DNA of 62,160 bases, counting the filler, from Syncephalis fuscata S228 (Eukaryota > Fungi > Zoopagomycota), in the NCBI GenBank assembly GCA_025786725.1. It is 4 parts of 4 records of this genome, joined end to end, with 100 filler letters (N's around TTAATTAATTAA, not from the genome) between each part and the next. Parts side by side here need not be neighbours in the genome. Positions count along the whole stretch, not along the records: positions 47,222 to 62,160 come from JAHLTZ010000225.1; 3 more parts are not named here. One strand, written 5' to 3'. Below are positions 54,842-62,160 of this stretch, piece by piece. Under the pieces are notes generated by a model. The model was not told where the DNA came from. It searched no databases and saw only the letters and a list, made by a program, of their open reading frames with translations. The translations under genes and the position numbers were made by a program. Each line of letters starts with the position of its first letter. Position 1 is the first letter of the stretch.

Positions 54842-56950
54842 GTAATGGAAAGTGCTTGTCTTTGTTTCACTCAACTCGTTAGTGGATTGGCACAACATCG
54901 AGAATACATAGAAGAAATAATATCAAGTCAAATATTACAAAGATTTAATGATATTCTTCGATCAACACCTACAGCCAAATTAAGGTATTTCTATTGATTA
55001 ATAATTACTATTCATATCTTAACTATTATATTAGTGATCGTATGTTTCATAAAATAGTGTCTATGTTATATGTTATAGCCCGTGTATCACCTTCATTGGC
55101 AGTTAATCTATTACAACTTGATATTATTACTTTAATCTATCAATGGTTAACAGGTACAACACCAACTGGTATGAATGAATCAACAACAACAACACTACCA
55201 TTATCATCAATGGTAGCAGAAATAGCTGATAAACCTAGTGATCAATTAAAGAATAGTTTAGAATTACTGTCACAATTACTACCACCCATATTAACTGGTA
55301 CGTATTAATAGACACGATATCTATTATATATTGATATTGAATAGACACATCATTGTGGCATCCATCATGTTTAGATAGCCGTGATAATACACAGACTCAA
55401 AAGGATAAAGAACGACAATTAATATTGTCAGAACAGTTAACTGATGATGAATGTCAAAAGATTGGTCGATGGATGTTACCAGTATTAGTTGAAGTCTATA
55501 CTGCAACATCTAAAGTGGAATTACGTGAACGTATTATGTTTATTCTATTACAATTAATTACTATGATATCATCAGATAGACTATTTAGTGTATTAAAGGT
55601 AATTAATACTATATATATATATATATGTATTATAGTATATTATATATATAGTATATTAATTGTTATTTATAGGATGTATCAGTGGCGGGTATAGTTGCAT
55701 CAACATTGAAAGAATCAAAGCTTTCATTATTATCTTTATATACTATTCAATTAACCCATTTGCTATTATTAAAATTACCGGTAATTAATATATGAATTAT
55801 ATTTATTTATATATTTATATTTATATTGCATAATAGAATCCATATGCTATTCTATTTGAGAGAGAAGATATTCAACCAAGAATTGAAATGTTGAAGACTA
55901 TAGCTCAGAATGAAGTAAAGATAATGGAAAGTAAAGTTCAAGAGGAGAAGAAGAAGAGAGGAGGAGGAGAATAAGGAAGAGGAGAATAAGGAAGAGGAGG
56001 AAGAGGAGGAGAAAGAAACAATGAATACAAATACAAATACAGAAGAGATATCAACTACAAAGAATAATGATACAATAACAACAAAAGATGTTGATCATGA
56101 TTTAAAAGAGCCTATAGAAGATACAGAAGATAAAGATACAAATATGACACCTATTGATACTACTTCTACTTCAAGAGAACTTGTTACAACGCGATTATTA
56201 GAACGATTAGGTATTCGGCTATCAAGTCTAATTGAAGGCACTTATCGATCTGTTCAAGATTATGCTGTTTTAATTGCTTATAAATCAACTGAATTAATTA
56301 AATTAATGGAACAGCAAAAGGTAAGTAAATTGAATAATAATACTGGTAATAACTAATATTAATATATATATATAGATGTTGTCAGAAAAGGATATTGAAC
56401 AACGATCAATCCTTCAAGGTCAATTAAAGACATGGGCACAACAATTAAAAGAGTTAAATGGTGAAGGTAATTATTAATATTGATTGTTGTATCGTATTTA
56501 CTAATTATTTTGTAGCATTGTCACCATTGGCCCAGGCACTTGGTGCATCATTTTCAAGTATTTCATCCATTGAACTTGTTCAAAGTGGTGTTATTGAAGG
56601 ATTAATTCATTATTTGACCAGCCCATTAGTAAAAGGTAGGTTATTTATGATGTAGATATATATAATATAGATGTTTATTTATACTAATGAATGTAGATGG
56701 TATTTTGAGTTTAAAAGAACGACAACATCAATTTGTATCTTTATTTTATTGTTCCACTACATCTTCATTTACAACTTCTAATGATCCACTATTATTAATT
56801 GAATTGGAATCAAAGTCAACACCTTTATCGATATTAATTAAACGACTACAAGAAGCGTTAGGTAGACATGAATCATTAAATATAGTTGGTGATCATACAA
56901 GTCCTTTTGATGGTAAATATTATAAATTAACCATTATTAATATAAGTCTA

Positions 56951-56998
<48 letters not shown>

Positions 56999-59900
56999 TT
57001 AATAGATCGATCAAATCTATCAAATATACTTAATCGACAGGTGCGACTTCGATTAGTACCAGGTAATAACTATTATTCTATTCATATTATTTTATTCATA
57101 TTATTCTATTCATATTTAATATTTAATATAGATAACGAGGCAAATATACCAAAGGCATATGTCAATTTAATTGTATCAATTCATGCAGCTGTGCCATTTC
57201 AAGTATTAGATGATTATTTATCATCAAGATTACTAGAAAAGATGTCAGAATCGACAGTTAATAAGAGTTCATCTAATGAAGGGTAATTATAAAGGTTATA
57301 TTGATATATTTATATTAAAATATAAGCAATTTAATAGATTAGATGAAAATGAAGATGAAAGTGATAAAGAAGAAATGGAGAAATTAGAAGAAGAAGAAGA
57401 AGAGGTAGAGGATTTATCAGATCATAGTGAATCTATTCAGGTAATTGATGTTATGTTAATTGTGTCAACTACTTATAGTATATTATTAGTTACGAAATAG
57501 TCAAGGACAGAGAATTAGACGTCAAAGTATTTCAAGTGGATTGACTTCACCTACTCGTACATCTACGTCTTCAGGTAATTAGTTATATTAATATAATAGT
57601 TGGTTATACTTAATATTAATGATTTAGATCAAGATCGTCGTCATGTAACTACATCGTCAAAGTTGATCTATCAATTGGAAGATCGTCCATTAAGCTATCA
57701 GATACTGTATATTCAGCTATTCATGGCTTTATATCAAGTAGGTTCATACTATTACAAGTATTAAGTATATTAACATAAAATACTATATAGATGCAACAGT
57801 CACACGTTCCTCTTGGTCACGTGTATATAAGGTTGTATACAAAAAGGTATCATCTAATTATCAACAAGAGATGACAGAAAGCGGAATTGAGGATCAATTT
57901 AAGGATTTAGGTAAAAGGCTATTTACTATATTATTTATTTATTTATTTATTATATAGTTGAGGATACTCATACTGGTGTTTTATTAAAGTTATTGAAAAT
58001 ATTACACGAATTGAATGAGCAGGTAGATCAAGGCACTTATCGTAATGTAAGTAGATGGATTAAGTAATAAATATTATTAATTACGTGTAATAGATTGATG
58101 TATCTAGTTTAATGAAAGTTGAATTTATTAATAATCAATGGACGGCTAAACTGAGACGACAATTGGATCAACCATTAGTAGTTATTAGGTATTATGATTA
58201 TTGGCACTAGTTAATAGTATATTATAATAATTAACAATTAATTGACTATAGTCAATTGGTTCCAGTAAAATGGAAACAAGTAACTAAACAGTTTCCATTT
58301 TTATTTCCATTTGAGACACGTCAATTATTATGGCGATTGACATCTTTTGGATATGCACGTACTCTTGATGTAAGAACTAATATATATGTAAATATATATA
58401 TAAGTTTATACTAACATCTAATTAGTACTGGTTGAAAATGACCAGATCAACTATGGATAGTGCCAATTCAAATGAACAATTGTTTATTGGACATATAATG
58501 AAGAAGAATAAGGTAATTATTGAAACAATATCGATATAGTGTAATAATAGATAATTGATACTGTCCATGTTAGGTACGCTTATCGCGTGAACACATATTG
58601 ACATCGGCCCTTGAACTATTTGCATCAGATAAAATGCAAAAGAATAAAGAGGCAATGTTAGAAGTGGAATATGTTGATGAAGTAGGCACAGGTTTAGGAC
58701 CTACACTTGAATTCTATGCCCAAGTATCCAAAGAGTTACGACATCATCGACTAGAATTGTGGCGTTCACTATTGGACACTACTTCGAATGAACACAATAG
58801 TGATAGTGAAGAGGACACAGTGTATGTGTGGTCACCCTTTGGTCTATTTCCACGACCGAGAGAACAAAACTTGGATTTACAAATGTATGTAAATTGATTC
58901 TATAAATTATATTAATCTATAACACTTTATGATGATACTATGAATAGAATGGGCTATTTCCGATTTATGGGACAATGGGTGGCTCAAGCTTTGATGGATA
59001 GTCGTCTACTTGATCTGCCACTATCGGTAGTGTTTATTGAGAAAGCACTTGGACAGCCTATATTGCATTCATTACAGACCCTTGCCGTAAGTTTTATATA
59101 ATGAATTGGTATTTGGTTTAACAACTACTAATACAACAATGGCTATTAGCAAATTGATCCAGTAATGGCCCAATCACTTCAACTTCTTCAAGGTTATATC
59201 AAACAGAAAGAAGAGCTATACCAAAAGGAACAAGTAAGGTGCTATTTACTAAATAAATAGTTAGATATTTACTTTATTCTAGACGGATCAGGTTAAAGAG
59301 GAGTTTAAAGCACTCCAAGGCACTATTGAACAATTAGGACTTGATTTTACTTTACCTGGCTATCCATCAATAGAATTAAAGGTTGGTCAATATAGTTCGA
59401 TTATTGGTATAACACTAACAACGATGGTTAGAATGAAGGTCGAGAAATAGATGTTACCATTTACAATATAGAAAATTACGTTAAGGTAAGTCGTTGATGG
59501 TTTTATATATATATATCGTATTTATTGATATTTATCTATCTAATCTGTTATATAGTTGGTGCTAGACTGGACGTTAGACAAAGGCATTGCAGAACAGGCA
59601 GCCGCTTTTAAGAAAGGATTTGATTCAAGATTCCCTATGGAAAATCTCTTATGTTTTAAACCAAGTGAATTACCGGCATTATTAGGCGAGATTGCTGAAG
59701 ATTGGCGTTTAGAAGGTAAGCAAGATTAAACTCTATCATTTGGCTGATTGATTGCTTGATTAATTTGCTTATATATTTACGATTGATAGTTATTATGGAA
59801 GCCATCAAAGCTGATCATGGCTATACGGCAGAAAGGTAAGAGAAATAGAAGCAATCTATAGTATAATAGTATTAATGATTAATTACTATTATTATGGTAA

Positions 59901-60266
59901 TTAATAGTATGGCCGTTAACCACCTGGCTGAAATAATGAATGAATTTGATTCAAAAGAGCAGCGATTGTTTTTACAATTCATTACGGGCAGTCCGCGACT
60001 TCCTGTAGGAGGTAGGTGTAAATACATCTACCTATATTATAATAATAGTAAGAATTAAATGTATTCTAGGATTTAAACGACTTCATCCTCCACTGACTGT
60101 AGTTCGTAAATTACCCGAATCTTCTTTGACATCGGATGACTATTTGCCGTCCGTCATGACATGCGTCAACTATCTAAAACTTCCCAATTACTCGTCAAAA
60201 GCATTGCTGAAACAACGGCTGCTACAAGCAATTCAAGAAGGACAGGGCAGCTTTCATATGTCGTAA
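53261..60266 (+). CDS. UFD4: HECT E3 ubiquitin ligase, Ufd4/TRIP12 family
   Basis: ARM region [18 protein letters not shown]...[11 protein letters not shown]; FPFETR; [14 protein letters not shown]; [12 protein letters not shown]; catalytic [17 protein letters not shown]. Confidence 0.92.
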
Positions 60267-60653
60267 TAAAACTATTTTGTGTATGCGTTATTAGCACCTT
60301 TATATTATTAATAGTGATTGAATTGGCTTTATTGTCTTAGACTATGACTGGCTGGTTAATTAGCAAATTGAATAGAAAGGGAGATTTTGCTAGATCATTG
60401 GTTGTGAAGCAAGGATTGTTTAATCAAGACGATTTGTTGTTACGAGGGTGAATAGAGTCACCATCGAGATTTAATTATAGGCTATGTCGCCAAGTGGAAA
60501 CGGTTAATTGGCGCAAGTATGTGTCCAACTACGCCAATGTGGCCAATGTACTGAATAAATAGGCGCTATGTTTAATGCTATAGAATCATTGTCTGCAATA
60601 GTGTTAGCAATATTGTTAGTAGTAGTATTTCAATACAAGTTATTTATTCCATT

Positions 60654-62092
60654 ATGAAAGGCTATGGTAAAGCAAGAATGATGGTGCTTACAGGGGCCAT
60701 TTTAGCGACTATGGCCACTGTCGCTTATGGCCATATTGAGATGATGAACCCGCCACCACGTCGGTCACGTTTTAACGCCGATGCCGTACAGTCTGGCAAC
60801 ATTGACTGGACCAATACATCCCCTCTTGCCCAGAATGGCTTTCCCTGTAAAGGTTATCCAGCGGGTCGTCCAATGGCCACTTTACATGCCGGCCAACCTT
60901 TCACGGTCGAGCTATTTGGAACATCAATTCACGGTGGTGGCCACTGCCAAGTAGCCATTAGCTACGACGAGAAGCGCTGGGTAACGCTAAAAACCATTAT
61001 TCACGATTGCATGATTAATAATAATATGAATATTACTGCTGCGTTGCCGGCCCATACACCCGCCAGCGATCATGCAGTGTTAGCGTGGACGTGGATTAAC
61101 GCTAACGGTAACCGCGAGTATTATATGAATTGTGCCGATGTTCGAATCGATGGTGACCGCAATGGTGGCACTATTACTGGACCTGAATTACTTGTGGCCA
61201 ATCTTCCTAACACACCAAGGATTCCAGAGTTTGCCGTAGGTGGTGACGGTCACGAGCTATTTAATCAGCGTCGGATGATTACTGTGAGTGTGAGGCACGA
61301 AATAGCTAAAAATACACCGGCTAGCAATGGTAATACTTTTACCAAAACCGTGCCAACAATAGCATCCAAATGTCAATCATTAGCAATAGCCGTGGTATCA
61401 GCCGTAGCAACAGCAACAGTAATAATAATAATAATAATCAAGCAATCATGGCTATGCCAGTTGCATCGACACTATCAACATTAGGTAATCAAGAAATGGT
61501 TAAATCAAAACTAGCACCAGAATCTTTACCATTTATGACTACATCACAAATAATCAACCAATAATCGATAGATTAGATTCGCCGTCATCGCCTCAAATGT
61601 CAACGTCATTACAACTACAACTGTAGATTCAACTCCATCAACACCTTTTGCTCATGACTCTGAGGCGCCAACAACGCTCCGGTCACCAGGTAAGTCGATA
61701 ACTATTTAGTATGATAGTATGTTAATCATCGTTTTAAACTACAAGAATTAGACTGGCAAATGTACGCATGGCCAATGGACGATCCAATGATTGAATCGGA
61801 TGCTATAATACCATTTTCTAATGATGACATTACAAGTAATGTTTATAATATAAATAGCGATGATATCACTGCTATGACTGACGGTATAATTGACGATGAT
61901 GATTATGCCGAAGAAGATGGCTATTATGATGCTATGGGCGTCAATAGCAATATCAGATTACCTGATGCTTTTGGTAATGGTCCGCGTAAATCACTTAAAT
62001 ACGCCAAGATAAAACCACATGTGCACCAACAGCATCCACCTCATGCAAAGCAACAAGCACACATGCGCAAACAGCGACTTAAATATGCTTAA
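60654..62092 (+). CDS. Secreted lytic polysaccharide monooxygenase, AA11-like, with a low-complexity C-terminal extension
   Basis: Signal peptide followed by mature N-terminal His (HIEMMNPPPR), HGGGHCQVAISYD and WTWINANGNREYYMNCADV. The 3' exon structure is approximate. Confidence 0.8.
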
Positions 62093-62160
62093 CAAGCCAC
62101 CAATCATTTTAACTACTTATATTTACCTTTTATAAATAATATTCATTAATATAGATTCTA

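Overview
AT-rich, intron-dense eukaryotic DNA with short GT-AG introns. The gene content is fungal, and an early-diverging lineage such as Zoopagomycota is my inference only. The window joins four contigs with artificial 100-nt N/TTAATTAATTAA spacers (17609-17708, 32441-32540, 47122-47221). Recognisable genes are a bHLH-ZIP+PHD factor, CDK8/SSN3, Rieske RIP1, mitochondrial MetRS, CHO2, RTR1, TSC13, LSM7, SPF1, RPS6, SKY1/SRPK, UFD4/TRIP12 and an AA11-type LPMO, plus membrane and secreted hypothetical proteins. The main discovery is a family of small secreted prepropeptide genes with a conserved signal peptide, promoter and 3'UTR, which the ORF track cannot show in spliced form. In two members the mature peptide is written almost one codon per exon, in tandem ~82-bp units made of a repeated ~79-nt intron plus a 3-nt exon. 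Gene A (862-2008) has 12 micro-exons and predicts ...YRR-EAKEASRWKFTK. Gene B (34334-36441) has 24 micro-exons and predicts ...AKR-PPCDLWCSPDEDLEHCKCKPEGH. Gene C (22756-22956, minus) is intronless and encodes a 6-Cys peptide. All splice models were read by hand and have no transcript support here.
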